This document shows positions 42,884-55,765 of a stretch of 64,000 nt of DNA, piece by piece. A program made the translations under genes and the position numbers. The first letter of the stretch is position 1, and every line of letters starts with the position of its first letter. This DNA comes from TPA_inf: Saccharomyces. Its lineage: Eukaryota. The notes beneath the pieces are model-generated. The model saw only the letters and a list, made by a program, of their open reading frames with translations. It was not told where the DNA came from and searched no databases. Where the stretch lies: NCBI GenBank assembly GCA_000146045.2, contig BK006936.2, positions 320,001 through 384,000 on the forward strand. Reading direction: 5' to 3'.

Positions 42884-44571
42884 GTGCCACAGCAAGTTAA
42901 TGTCACGGCAGCTAGTGACGCTATTGCTAGTTTACACCTAGATGAGGCCACTGGAGAAATGGTCTCTAAGACAGAGTTGAAGAAGCGTATTAAGGGAATA
43001 CAAATTGAGGCCAAAAAGCTGTCAAAAAGACTCTTGCGAAACCAAAACCAGCTTCGAAAAGACTAATTTCCTGGCCGGTTTATAGTCATCTCAATACTAG
43101 ATCACAGCAAATCCAATTAAGAAACAGACTCTTGATATAAATTTTTATCCATACAAGTTCCGATTATATATATTCAATCCTGAATTTTTGGCCAAGTATG
43201 CCCATTCAAAAAGGCGAAAATTTCCCTTAAGAGAAGTTTCACATTGCTAGGAGAGTTCATGCAGAAAGAGAATCAGCTTAAAAATTGAAATTCTACGTTC
43301 TCAATGGTGGTGTTGAGCTCTAAATTATTTTACAATTTCAGGATTATTACGACGAGAACCCATAAAAAGGAGCATGACCTTTAAGGAGGAGTAATATATA
43401 TCCACCAAAGAAGACCGGCGGAGATGAGATATATTTTTTTCGTTAACAGAGTGCAATTGACAACTTGTTTGCACTTGCCTGCTAACTGTTTTGGTTTCAA
43501 AGATCAAGAAAATAGATAGAACCCGTTTTATTATTCAATTGACATCGCCCGTTATATCAGACGATTTTTGGATCAAAAAAAGTTTATTGGAGCAGAAGCA
43601 ATTCTGAAATGAAGGTCCTAATATGACCCCAATATGACACATAATTCGGAATCTGCCACTTGTGAGTTTTATCAAGCCTATGCGGATGTTTGTGACTAGT
43701 TGGATATGACTGAATTAATACTTTCAGAAATGGACAAGGAGATATGTGATTCTCTATTATCAAATACCATTTGAACCTTACTGGTCCAGCTAAAAAAGAG
43801 CTAGAATTCATCTGTTCTAGCCCATGGAAGAGAACCGATATGATTGGCAGATAGAAACCATACTGATTCGCGTCGTATCTAGCACAACCCACGTAAGAAC
43901 CTTAATTGACGAACAGTCAAACCTTCTTGGCTTTTACAACCGAGAGGAAATACTAAGTCAACATCAAGGTGGCAAACACAATTCACAGTATCTAATTTTT
44001 CGTTATATCACATTGGAAAAAGTATTAACGTATAATTTCCATCTGCTGAGCACTTGCTGCCGTTGAGACCGGCGAATTTTTGAAAGAAGTGTATGCCAAT
44101 AATAAATTGGAAAGCCCATTAAATAATGCTCTTATGTTGGATAAGCTTTCTTCGGTGGAATAAAAGGCACATGTATCAACCTGACTTTCACTTTTACTTA
44201 ACCCCAAGCTATGTCTCCATTGGCCAGGTACTCAAAAGAACAACCGGGTTTATGTGAGCGTTTCGAGGTTTTTGTATCTAAAAAGGAGATATGTAATGCG
44301 TAAACCCGAACTGAACAATTCGTTTGACCAAAAGGGGCTTTCCTACAAACAAGCAGGGCAATAGGAGCAAGGCAAATGGATCAAGGTGATGCTTATGCAT
44401 AATTTATACGATGGAATCCTTTGTAATGCTCCGTACTACGGTTTACCACCAACCGGCTTTTGGGTTGTAATATTGACAGATTCACCATGTTCTCAATGGT
44501 TCTGTCACAATTCGAAAGTTCTATTACTCGCAAATTCGAAAGCAGATGTTTTAAGAGACGAGGTGAAGTAA
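42884..44571 (+). pseudogene. Decayed full-length relic of a lysyl-tRNA synthetase gene (KRS1 paralogue). It is colinear from the eukaryote-specific N-terminal extension to the class-IIb motif 3 and C-terminus. It carries a GTG in place of the start ATG, multiple stops and frameshifts, and a ~70-codon internal deletion.
   Basis: In order along the + strand, the first segment at 42884-43066 is (GTG)[44 protein letters not shown], which matches the KrsRS N-terminus [37 protein letters not shown]…. At ~43170-43320, [22 protein letters not shown]…LKIEILRSQWW corresponds to [23 protein letters not shown]…LKFYVLHGDG. At ~43330-43520, DYYDENP*K…PPKKTGGDE…PANCFGFKDQENR* corresponds to DYCDPDSYEK…QPKKGGEGE…PADHFGFKDQETRY. 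RRFLDQKKFIGAE corresponds to RRFLDQRKFIEVE. At ~43650-43740, [27 protein letters not shown] corresponds to [28 protein letters not shown]. At ~43810, SSPWKRTDMI corresponds to FSRPWKRINMI. At ~44200-44330, a frameshifted stretch is nucleotide-similar to [44 protein letters not shown]. Finally, 44386-44571 reads YGLPPTGFWVVILTDS…VLLLANSKADVLRDEVK*, which is class II motif 3 plus the C-terminus. The comparison is from memory of Krs1p and needs blastx confirmation. Confidence 0.75.
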
Positions 44572-44786
44572 AAAAGAAGAAAAATGATTGCCATACTCCT
44601 CAATGCTTGCATGTAATATAATATAATATAATTACTGTTTCATTTTCTTTTATATTATACAATGGATATTCTACATAACCGTAACCTATATCGTTTTTAA
44701 TGATTGCAAGGAAAAGTTGATTTTGTAGATAATCTTATAATGTAGTGACTTATTTAATTGTTTGATTAGAGGTAGTAATATTGCAA

Positions 44787-45719
44787 TCAAACTGATCTAG
44801 TGAGTTTCCCGCTCCTTTTTAATTCCAAAGCTTTCTTGTAGGGAGGGTTCGTCGGGCTTTGAACAGGATCTAAGGACGATGAAGTGCCTGCAACCGAAGA
44901 AGGTAGGTCATGATAAGTGGCATCTGAGTCGAAACTTTGAAGACTTCCACAAGCCATAAATTCGGCTATGTTTCTCTCCTCTTCATTCCAATGAGACAAT
45001 TTGTCTGATATACACAATTTATTCAAAAAACAGCCTTGAAAAAATTCATCAACGGATGTATTTACATCTAATTTTGGTGTCCAATTGGATGGTGGGTTAT
45101 AGCCTAAACAAACAATAAAAGCTTCCAGAGATGTACCTCTTGATGATCTTGGCTTTGCGCAAACGATTTTATCGAATAGATAGCCCAATTGGGAATATAG
45201 CATATCTATATCACGACCTCTGAAGATCTTTGCCACAAAAGTTCCACCTTTTTTCAGAATGCATGCAGTAAGTTGCAGCGCACTCATAATTAACTGTTGT
45301 TGCACGTATTCGTCAAGATCGTGTAACCCAGTAACATCAGGTGCACCATCACTACAAACAAAATCGGCCTTTTCGTTGCCAAACAGTTTTAGAATCCTCG
45401 CCAATGTTTTAGGATGAGTGATATCGGCTTGCAACGTTGTCACATGAGGTATGGGGGACATCGGTTGTAAATCGACAGAGACAATTTTCCTGTCCTCCTT
45501 ATCTGAACTGGGACTTTCATCAAACAGTTTTCTCGAGAGCACTTGTGACCATGAACCTGGTGCTGCACACAAATCTACAACTCTTTTTAAGTTTGGATCA
45601 TCCAGGAAATGAAATTGGTCATTGAGTTGAAGTAGTTTGAAAGCAGATCTAGCCCTATAGCCCTGCTCTTTTGCTTTTCTATAGTACAAATCTCTTTTAT
45701 CTTTGCTGCTCTTACCCAT
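44787..45719 (-). CDS. TRM7: tRNA 2'-O-ribose methyltransferase (FtsJ/RrmJ family), 310 aa.
   Basis: [36 protein letters not shown]… with FtsJ-like motifs and the [17 protein letters not shown]-binding motif. 310 aa, matching YBR061C. Confidence 0.9.
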
Positions 45720-45975
45720 CTTGAATACTTTCTTTTTAAGCTTGCCTTGTACTCATCTACTGTTGTTTTACAGTAATGTTAGGAGCATCGCTTGAAAATT
45801 TTCAACTCGCGATAATTATTGTTAGCGCAGAATAATAATACCTAGTAAAAAGTTTATCGTTGCTTTTACTTCATCATGATAATCAAAATACTTGTAGGTC
45901 TGTCTTCTGTGAAAGAAGACGTAGTTACCTATTCTACTTAGGTTTGGTGTCTTTATATAATATAAAAGAAAGATA

Positions 45976-46600
45976 TTAACCGTACATACCCCAATCTTCT
46001 TCCAGTTCTGCTTCAGTTGTATCAATCTCATTAATGATTCGGTGGCCCATAACATTATCTCTGCATAATGGACATGTTGTACTTCGAGATAGCCAGACAG
46101 ACAAACACTCTAAGTCGAACTTATGATGGCAATGAGGTAATTCAACTACTAAGGGGTACTCATCTTCTAAATAATTAGTGTAACAAATGGAGCAGTTGTC
46201 AGTTGCTTTGAGCTTTTTTTTATTGATTCGTGGTAAAGAGGCTGCAAAAGTATCAGGACAGCCCGCACTCTTGCCTTTATCCATTTCTTGCAACCATTCT
46301 TCCTGTAATGATTCTGGAAGCATTTGCGATAATAATCGTAAAAGTAGTGTTGAATCTGAATGTGCATCACCCTCACCACTGGTGTTACCAAAGTTTTGAA
46401 ATAGACCTTGCAGTTGGGATCTGACCTGTCTTCTCTGCTCCTCCTGTGAAGTTCCTCCTACTTCTTGGTAATCCCTTGAGTTTTGTTGTATTCCATGTTC
46501 CTCTAATCTAATGATGAGTGCAGATTAAAATTCGGTTAGTTAATTGGCTTTGGGGAACTTACTTCATAATATATCATTACATACCTTCATATGTAGACAT
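45976..46600 (-). CDS. RING-H2 finger protein, 180 aa, spliced. Exon 1 is 46585..46600 (ATGTCTACATATGAAG). The intron is 46503..46584 (82 nt). Exon 2 is 45976..46502.
   Basis: On the minus strand, ATG TCT ACA TAT GAA G is followed by GTATGT. A branch-like AACTAAC follows, then CATTAGATTAG, then AGGAACATGGAATACAACAAAAC…. The spliced translation reads MSTYEEEHGIQQNSRDYQEVGG…MLPESLQEEWLQEMDKG…CSICYTNY…CHHKFDLECLSVWLSRSTTCPLCR. The total is 543 nt, or 180 aa plus stop. It matches YBR062C. Confidence 0.85.
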
Positions 46601-46969
46601 TTTTTTGATTGTGATTATGTTTGATGAATATATCTTTCTATTATTTCTTTAGTAGTTTAGGAGTGGCAAAACTGGTATTATAACGAACTGAGCGCTCCTC
46701 GGTGCAAACAAAAGCCGCCCACAACAATTTTGACCAACTTAGGCAAAATGAAGCCATTACTAGAAAACGAAGAGTATATATCATCACAGTAATTCGGGTA
46801 GGAGAGTTGGTCACCAAAATGGGACTCATATGGAAGGCAAAAATTTCGAGCTTATTCATCATGGTTGTACCCGTAAAGTTTTTGTTTCCGATATATAGAG
46901 TACAGATGTTTTCTAGTTAACAGTTGGCATATCTTACATTTTCCGGATTATGTATCAAATAAACTTTAT

Positions 46970-48184
46970 CTATGAATAGTTAGAGTACCACAGTAGAATC
47001 GAAGTTGCGCCTTTATCATTAACTAACAATTTTTTTGTGGGAACCGAACTATTATGTCTCCTGGAACAAATCTTTTGACTTTTAACCCGGAGCAAATTGC
47101 GAATCCTTGTCAAATTTTGAACTTCATCATAGCGGATAAGATCCTTATGAATCACTTCATCTAATCGCTCTCGTTTTTCTCGGTATGCTCCAGTTATTTC
47201 AATTGGGATGTTGTTATCAAAGAAAACTGGTTTTTCCATGAACATAGTCAGGAAAAGTTCGTCACCAAATTGGCTTTTTATAATCAAAAACGATTTACAG
47301 ATATCACGAATTTCTCTACTCACAGATTTAGTATTATCTCGAGCAGTGAAGCTTCTCATAATTGAAATATTTCCAGGCGCGTATTGTCTGCCATAATGGG
47401 AGAGAGATACATCGCATCCCATAGGAACTTTAACCATTGTTTCGTTAATACTTTTTTCAATACCTTTAAACGGCGTTTCATTCGCGCTATCAAGTAATGT
47501 ATTATTTACCACTGCTTTAAACTCGGGATTCGAGCCAGGTGATCGCGTTAAGACCTCTGTTGTATAATCTTTAGTTAATAAGTCGTACTCATCAAAATTG
47601 CCATAGGTGAAATTTTCATCGCTTTGGTTCAAAGTTACCATATTTTGCCTACCAATGCTGAGAACTGACTCCTTTGAATGTAAAACTGTGGATTCCTCAT
47701 AATTTCTCTCTTCGGTAACGTCACTTCGATTATTGAGGCAGTCTTCATTAAAGTTTATTACAATGGATATGGTATCACCAGTCTTGAACCTACAATCATC
47801 TATTTTAGGTGAGCTCGTAGGCATTATTGGAAAAGTGTTCTTTCTCTTAATAGAAGAGATTAAATACCCGATAATCACACCCAAAATTATTGTGGATGCC
47901 CAGATATCTTCTTGGTCATTGTTTTTTTTCGCTTCAATCTGTAATCTCTCTGCAAAATTTCGGGAGCCAATAGTGACAACATCGTCAATAATAAGTTTGA
48001 TGGAATCGGAAAAAGATCTTAAAAATGTAAATGAGTATTTCCAAATAATGGCCAAAATGCTCTTTATATTGGAAAATAAAATAGTTGTTTCGCTCTTCGT
48101 AGTATTTAACATTTCCGTTCTTATCATTGTAAAGTCTGAGCCATATTCATATGGAAAAGTGCTTTTTAAACCTAGTTCCTCCAT
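46970..48184 (-). CDS. Uncharacterised protein, 404 aa.
   Basis: 404-aa ORF at the YBR063C position; length matches. Confidence 0.7.
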   Translation of the reverse strand: MEELGLKSTFPYEYGSDFTMIRTEMLNTTKSETTILFSNIKSILAIIWKYSFTFLRSFSDSIKLIIDDVVTIGSRNFAERLQIEAKKNNDQEDIWASTIILGVIIGYLISSIKRKNTFPIMPTSSPKIDDCRFKTGDTISIVINFNEDCLNNRSDVTEERNYEESTVLHSKESVLSIGRQNMVTLNQSDENFTYGNFDEYDLLTKDYTTEVLTRSPGSNPEFKAVVNNTLLDSANETPFKGIEKSINETMVKVPMGCDVSLSHYGRQYAPGNISIMRSFTARDNTKSVSREIRDICKSFLIIKSQFGDELFLTMFMEKPVFFDNNIPIEITGAYREKRERLDEVIHKDLIRYDEVQNLTRIRNLLRVKSQKICSRRHNSSVPTKKLLVNDKGATSILLWYSNYS

Positions 48185-48583
48185 ATTTTAGTTTTTTATC
48201 GATATTGGAAAAAAAAGAGCTATCAGAAATCAGTCAATATATCATGTACCTATGGAACCTTATCTTTCTCAAAATAATAAATTATAGTGATACTTTTAGA
48301 ATTGTGTCACTTTCTTTTTATTTGTACTTACAAAATTCGGCCGAGTTATCATCTCGGTAACCGAGAGGAAGAGCCCGAGCAGCTAAAAGCGACAAACCGT
48401 ACAGATAAAATGTTCGTGCTAATCCAAACTGCAGCATTCCGTATAAATTTGTCAGATATACTGATCAACTTAGATAAAGTTCCCCACTCAACCTGCTTTT
48501 GTTTATTACTTGCAAGGTAGATGGATGGTCGAAATTGATCAAACAGTTCGTTTCTTCAACCCATGATTTTTCTTACGTTTCAT

Positions 48584-49678
48584 CTATATTGTTAACTTGT
48601 TAGCGCGAGGTTTCGATTTCTTTGATCTGTCCTTATGAACTTTTTTTGATGTCTTTTTCTTGTCATTCTTTGCGTTATCTGTGCTTTTTGTAGGAAAAGA
48701 AAGCCCTAGCTCCAACTGAATAAGCTTATTCAAACTTAAACTAAGTTTTATATTTTCTGCAGTGTTGGTTCCGAATGACGCAGCTGAAAAGCCAGACGAC
48801 CACGGAATGATAAAGATTCTAAAACGGTCAATAAGTAAAACTCCTCTCTTTAGGCCCTTTGGTGTGACAAGTGTCTCACTTATTTTACTGACAAACCGCT
48901 CCCCCAATTCACTAGATTGAAATCTTAGGCCACCACACTTCGCCTTGTGGTTGACTATTAATGACAATGAATTTCCATCCTTCCATTTCTTTATACCCAA
49001 TAATTGCGAAACTGTATCAGTTATTTTCCATTCAGGGATCGAGGCATCAATATTATACAGAAAAAATGATTTGGTGGAGGGGTTTTTTAAAAACGATTCA
49101 TTCAAGGGTAGTTTCTTCAAAATATGAGAAATGTCCACGGACGCGTACTTTTCCAAGTTTTTGACCTCATTTGCACCTTTTTCATTTTTATACAATGCAG
49201 TTGTGTTTTTTATTAACGGAGTACTTGGGCCATCTGATGTTGCTCGCAGAAGTATATTTTTCAATTTATCAACGATATTATCTGCTTCTGACGGATCACT
49301 CGTAATCTGAGCTCCTCCTAATTTCACGTTTTTTAGTGACAGAAACCTTTTCATCATGTCGTTTTTTGCTTCCTCCGTCATAACGTTTTCCTCGTTCACA
49401 AGGGATATTAAATGATCCCGCAGTTGTATAGGGATGTGCCATCTTGAATCAAGCATACAGCATTGACAAATGTTTCTCTGAGTGGCGCACCGTACACATA
49501 TTAATGTTTTAATGATATTATTGCTTCGTTTAGACGTCTTAAAATGGTATAAGGTGAACGGTAAGGTACAAATCTTACATTCAGAGCCTTGTGGAATTTT
49601 AGTCATTCGTATATTAGCCTCATCACCTAAGCACTGCTCACATATATTGGGCGGTGGCTCATTAATTTCATCATTCAT
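48584..49678 (-). CDS. ECM2: Pre-mRNA splicing factor (Slt11 homologue) with a Zn-finger-like N-terminus, 364 aa.
   Basis: 364-aa ORF with N-terminal CxxC clusters (CEQCLG…CKIC…CVRCATQRNICQCC). It matches YBR065C. Confidence 0.8.
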   Translation of the reverse strand: MNDEINEPPPNICEQCLGDEANIRMTKIPQGSECKICTLPFTLYHFKTSKRSNNIIKTLICVRCATQRNICQCCMLDSRWHIPIQLRDHLISLVNEENVMTEEAKNDMMKRFLSLKNVKLGGAQITSDPSEADNIVDKLKNILLRATSDGPSTPLIKNTTALYKNEKGANEVKNLEKYASVDISHILKKLPLNESFLKNPSTKSFFLYNIDASIPEWKITDTVSQLLGIKKWKDGNSLSLIVNHKAKCGGLRFQSSELGERFVSKISETLVTPKGLKRGVLLIDRFRIFIIPWSSGFSAASFGTNTAENIKLSLSLNKLIQLELGLSFPTKSTDNAKNDKKKTSKKVHKDRSKKSKPRANKLTI

Positions 49679-50036
49679 TATATTAAGGGTGCAATAACTC
49701 TTTTCCGTTAGCTACCTTCTATTCACCTGCTCAAAAGCCCTTCCATCATCATTACCACTTCTATCAATAAAATTTGCCATAGCATTTCTTTTTTTTTTTT
49801 TTAGTCCTTATTGCCTAAACGTCATCACAGGAGAGGGTAATCCCGGAATGAATAAGGTTTGAAACTTCACGTCCCTCCGGGTTGTGACTTAAAAAAATTA
49901 CGAAAGAGAACCGACTATCGTTCCTGCTATTGTTCTTGGTGAGTATTACTAACCCGCTTAGTTTTATTACTATTTATCAGTCTTTTATTTGTACGTTATT
50001 TGAATATTTAAATGTTTTTGGCTGAGCTCACTCACA

Positions 50037-50699
50037 TCAACTGCTAGCCTCCCTCCTCTTCCAGTTTCTTTTCTTCTTGTTTGCATGAGTTCGATAATGC
50101 TGATTACAGTTATCATGTCTACTAAACCTCTGTCCACAGCCCTCATGCGGACAGATATGATTTTTTTCACCTGTATGGATTCTGTTATGTCTTGAAAGAT
50201 GACCAGAAGTGGTGAACCCAGTAGAGCAGATCTTACAGAAATGACGAGTCCTCTGTCCTGCTGTATTGGTTTTCGTAGATTTCAATTTTATCACGGTTTT
50301 TGTCGGTTTGCTTATTTTAATTGAGCTATATGGATCTGATTTACCGTTACCGGTATTCTCTGCTTTTACAATATTAATATTTTGCAATGGCAGTATCGGT
50401 GACGTTTTTCCACTTGCTGTTAATCTTGAAATAGTCCCGTCACTCGTTCTGTTCGCTTGTTTTCCGGAGAAAAAATCGAAAGCGCACTTATTCAATTTAT
50501 CTTTCAAGTCATCATCAATTAGATGTGATGTTTTCATCAAGGGTATCAGGGTTTGGTATTTCCTTTCATTGTTAAAAGAGAACATTTCAGGCATAAGAGT
50601 TATCTGGGAGGGCGAACATTCGAAATTGATGGGAAATTCACATTTCCTATCTTTAGCTAGAATAGTTGACATCAAGTTGTCTTTGTAACCTATGGACAT
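50037..50699 (-). CDS. NRG2: C2H2 zinc-finger transcriptional repressor, 220 aa.
   Basis: Two C-terminal C2H2 fingers are present (CKICSTGFTTSGHLSRHNRIHTGEKNHICPHEGCGQRFSRHDNCNQHYRTH). 220 aa, matching YBR066C. Confidence 0.85.
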   Translation of the reverse strand: MSIGYKDNLMSTILAKDRKCEFPINFECSPSQITLMPEMFSFNNERKYQTLIPLMKTSHLIDDDLKDKLNKCAFDFFSGKQANRTSDGTISRLTASGKTSPILPLQNINIVKAENTGNGKSDPYSSIKISKPTKTVIKLKSTKTNTAGQRTRHFCKICSTGFTTSGHLSRHNRIHTGEKNHICPHEGCGQRFSRHDNCNQHYRTHANKKKRNWKRREASS

Positions 50700-52102
50700 C
50701 TGGAAATTTTGTAGAAGCTTTATATTTTTTGTTCTTCGAACAGTAGCGAGTGCTCATATGACTTGGTGCCGGAAATTCATTTGAGCTGTCATAATATGAT
50801 AAATATTTATATGTAAAAATTTAGGCCAGATAATATATAAAAGATAAACGATTTAAAGAGGGTGTAGGATTTGCCTGTTAGCGATGTAGGAGCTACTGCA
50901 CGATGTAGCATGTAATAGCCAGACGTGATTCCCCTAAACTCAGGCCCTTCTCCAAGGAGAATGCAACGGTAGGCAGTTCGTTTGAAATTGAAACTTTTCT
51001 CAACGACAATGATGTCCCGCAGCATAAGAAAACATGAGATCAGAAAAGCGTTGCAAAACGCAGAAGCCACTTATCAAGAGCTACGGCTGCGCGTTTTTCT
51101 GGGACGTGCTGACAAACGAGAAAAAAGATGGCTTTGTATTCAGTTCAAGGCCCTGTGTATTTTTTTCCTTCAAGAAATTTTTATTTTGGCCTGGGGTCTT
51201 TAAACGGACGGGTGCCCTGAGAGTACTCTCGCATAATCCAGGGATGGCTTTTTCACAGTCGTTTAACATTCGTTTATGAAGTAAAGAAAAAAAATACCAA
51301 ACCCCGTTAAAAGAGAAAAAAGGTAGCCGAACATTGAAGCAGCCCATGCCAGTTTGTCCTTGGGCAGATAGTTTTCCGTCTGGCTTGAAAGGTTATAGTC
51401 TCCTTTTTTTCTTGGCTTCGGGAAAAATACGATTTGTTTGTTATTCTATATGCAGAGCCGCTGCTCTGCAGGGATTTATGATCTCGAGTGCCATTGATCT
51501 TGAAGCATCTTTTGTTGAAAGGATTTGTATGACATCATACCCGAACTTTTTTAGCACGTGAAAATGGAGAAGTCTATGGTTTTAGAGGTTGCTATTAAGG
51601 CATTTTCTAAACTTGAGGGTTGTTTGATCTTATGTTGGTTGGTTGTAAGCCAGCCGGTGTAGCCACGTGTTAAATCTTGACTTTTTTTCCCGAAGAGGGT
51701 CTGGTCCTGTCTATTTTGTTTCATGCATATTTTTTCTCAAGGAGAAAGACTCTTCGCTGCGCCTTGGCATAATAACGTCTTCGGTAGGGTCCATTTTTTT
51801 AACGTTGGCGATGCCCATATTTAGCTCGTTTGGTCGTTCCTTCGAAAGATAATCGTTCGTAAATTAAAAATAAAAGAGAGTAGTTTTCGAGCAACGAGTA
51901 GCCAGCTGGTGCCAATTGTCAAGAAAGGAAACATTTCTTACGGATTGGGAAGAAGCACTAATCTCGAAAAAGAGAACGTTTTTAGAAAGTTTTAGAAGTT
52001 GATTATATTAATGAAGAAAAAATTTTCGAACTAACAATTACATAAAGAGAAGGTATAATAATGGAGGTAATTTTTCAAATATTTGTTGTAAAAGGTTCCC
52101 TT

Positions 52103-52735
52103 TTATAACAATAAAGCAGCTGCACCTGCAACAACAGCACCGAAAGAGGCAGCGCCTGCATTGACTCTTTGACCGGCATTGGAAGCAGTTTCGACTGTAG
52201 AAGTGCTGACAGAAGAGGTAGTTGGAGCGACAGAAGAAGAAACGGCCTTAGAAGATGATTCGGCAGATGATGATGGGGCAGCAGAAGAAGATGGGGCAGC
52301 AGAAGAGGATGGAGCGGCAGAGGATGTAGCTTCGGAAGAAGATGCAGCCTTGGAAGAAGATGCAGCCTCGGAAGAAGATGCAGCCTCGGAAGAAGCTGGG
52401 GAAACGGAGGCAAGAGCAGCAGCGATTTCAGAACTCAATCTTGTGGTGTACCATGGCAATTTAACAATTGTCTTAGTGATAGCATCAAAGTCCAATTCAC
52501 TAAACAAGGTAGTGTAAGCGTCATCGGTGTAAGTCATGACTTGTTGATACACACTCAAGACATCAGATGGAATTTGGAATCCACTGTTGCCAGTTTCTAG
52601 ACCCAAGTAGTCAGAAAGATGAGAGTTGATGTCACCGATAATAGCTTGCAATTCAGCAGTTTCGGCGGCGCTGGTGTCAGCGACGGCCAAAGAGGCAATG
52701 GCACTTAAAACGAAAGCAATCTTGGAAACGGACAT
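52103..52735 (-). CDS. TIP1: Cell-wall mannoprotein of the Srp1/Tip1 family, cold/heat-shock induced, 210 aa, with a GPI-anchor-type C-terminus.
   Basis: MSVSKIAFVLSAIASLAVADTSAAETAELQAIIGDINSHLSDYL… is followed by Ser/Ala-rich repeats (SSEAASSSEAASSSKAASSSEATSSAAPSSSAAPSSSAAPSSSAESSS) and a hydrophobic tail. It matches YBR067C. Confidence 0.9.
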   Translation of the reverse strand: MSVSKIAFVLSAIASLAVADTSAAETAELQAIIGDINSHLSDYLGLETGNSGFQIPSDVLSVYQQVMTYTDDAYTTLFSELDFDAITKTIVKLPWYTTRLSSEIAAALASVSPASSEAASSSEAASSSKAASSSEATSSAAPSSSAAPSSSAAPSSSAESSSKAVSSSVAPTTSSVSTSTVETASNAGQRVNAGAASFGAVVAGAAALLL

Positions 52736-53860
52736 TTTATTTTATTTAGCAGAGGGTATAGTTATGCAATAGCAATTATTGTTACTGATTGAATGCCTTT
52801 ATAATTTCGGTCCGAACAAAGTTAGGCAAGCGAGAATAATTGACGTTTGAAAGAGGGCTGCCAATGTACTATTTATATTAAATGGTGAATGAAGCAACGC
52901 AGTACCTCAAAGAGGTTGGAGACATATTCACCCTTACAGCAAACCTTTTTTTTCCTTTACTGGAAATAGCTCGAAGAATTGGAGAGAAAAAAAGATGCTT
53001 TTAGAAAATAAGACACATTTCCCGGAACAATCAATTATTTCCATCACAATCTTTGAAAGAAAGGGCCAAACCGCCGCAATAACTGCCGTAGGATTCAAAA
53101 CCACAAGTACATTCTTCAACGGAAAAGAGTCGGAAAATCGGAAAAGGGACCTCCCGAAGACATTAGTCTCATAATTAAGGTTATAGTCAAGAAAAACCAT
53201 AACCAGATCGTCTGATGCTCTTTTTGGGAATATTGATTACCCAATAAGGTCATTACTCCAATTTGTTGGGCTCCATTGTGTTGAGTATCGGTTGCTTGGG
53301 TTTTGAAAATCTTGCTGCCGTCCGGCTGCATGTGTGCGCCGCAAGTGCCGAGAAAGTAATTATCAATGTGGATCGCAAGCCAAGACAATAAATTTGTTGT
53401 TTCTGTGACTATTTCATGATGGCCTCCTAGTCAAAATACCAAGAAGAAGAAAGGTTTTTTTTTCTTTTTTTCCCTACCTGGCCATTCAAAGGTGAAATAT
53501 CCTTTCCATTACCCAAAGAGGTAGTACTGTTTAGGCGGGGTTTGACAGGCGCTGGAAGGGATAGGCAAGAATAGGAACGGTTTCCAAAGCCATAGAAATT
53601 CCTCCTTCACGTTCTGTTGAAGGGAGGATAAAGCAAAATTTGAAACAATAACGACATTGTGCGGGTATGTATGCTACGGATGATTAATGAATGTATGTAA
53701 AAAAAATATAAAATTACAGAAACGAATAAGGTCATTAAGGGAGGGGAGGGCACAAGCAAATGTGCTTGTGAAGTCATACCTACTCAGCGCTAAGGACATG
53801 CCGTGATATCATCAACCGGCTCTAATGGGAAGTGTCCAGACCTGAGTGGTGTAGTTAAGT

Positions 53861-55765
<1,905 letters not shown>

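Noticed and set aside
43584-43892. 102-aa minus-strand ORF and other 60-80-aa ORFs (43325..43507, 43824..44066, 44025..44207, 44386..44571) in the ORC2–TRM7 gap.
   Set aside because: They are fragments or antisense readings of the decayed KRS1-like relic, not independent genes.
48151-48360. Small + strand ORFs (47208-47396, 47733-48191, 48151-48360) overlapping or abutting YBR063C.
   Set aside because: These are antisense or overlap ORFs in AT-rich sequence. They carry no recognisable domain and correspond to known dubious calls.
52075-52517. ORFs on both strands (52075..52413 -, 52179..52517 +) encoding poly-Leu/Pro or poly-Glu/Ala peptides.
   Set aside because: These are alternative-frame or antisense readings of the TIP1 Ser/Ala-encoding tandem repeats. 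Repeats generate long spurious open frames.
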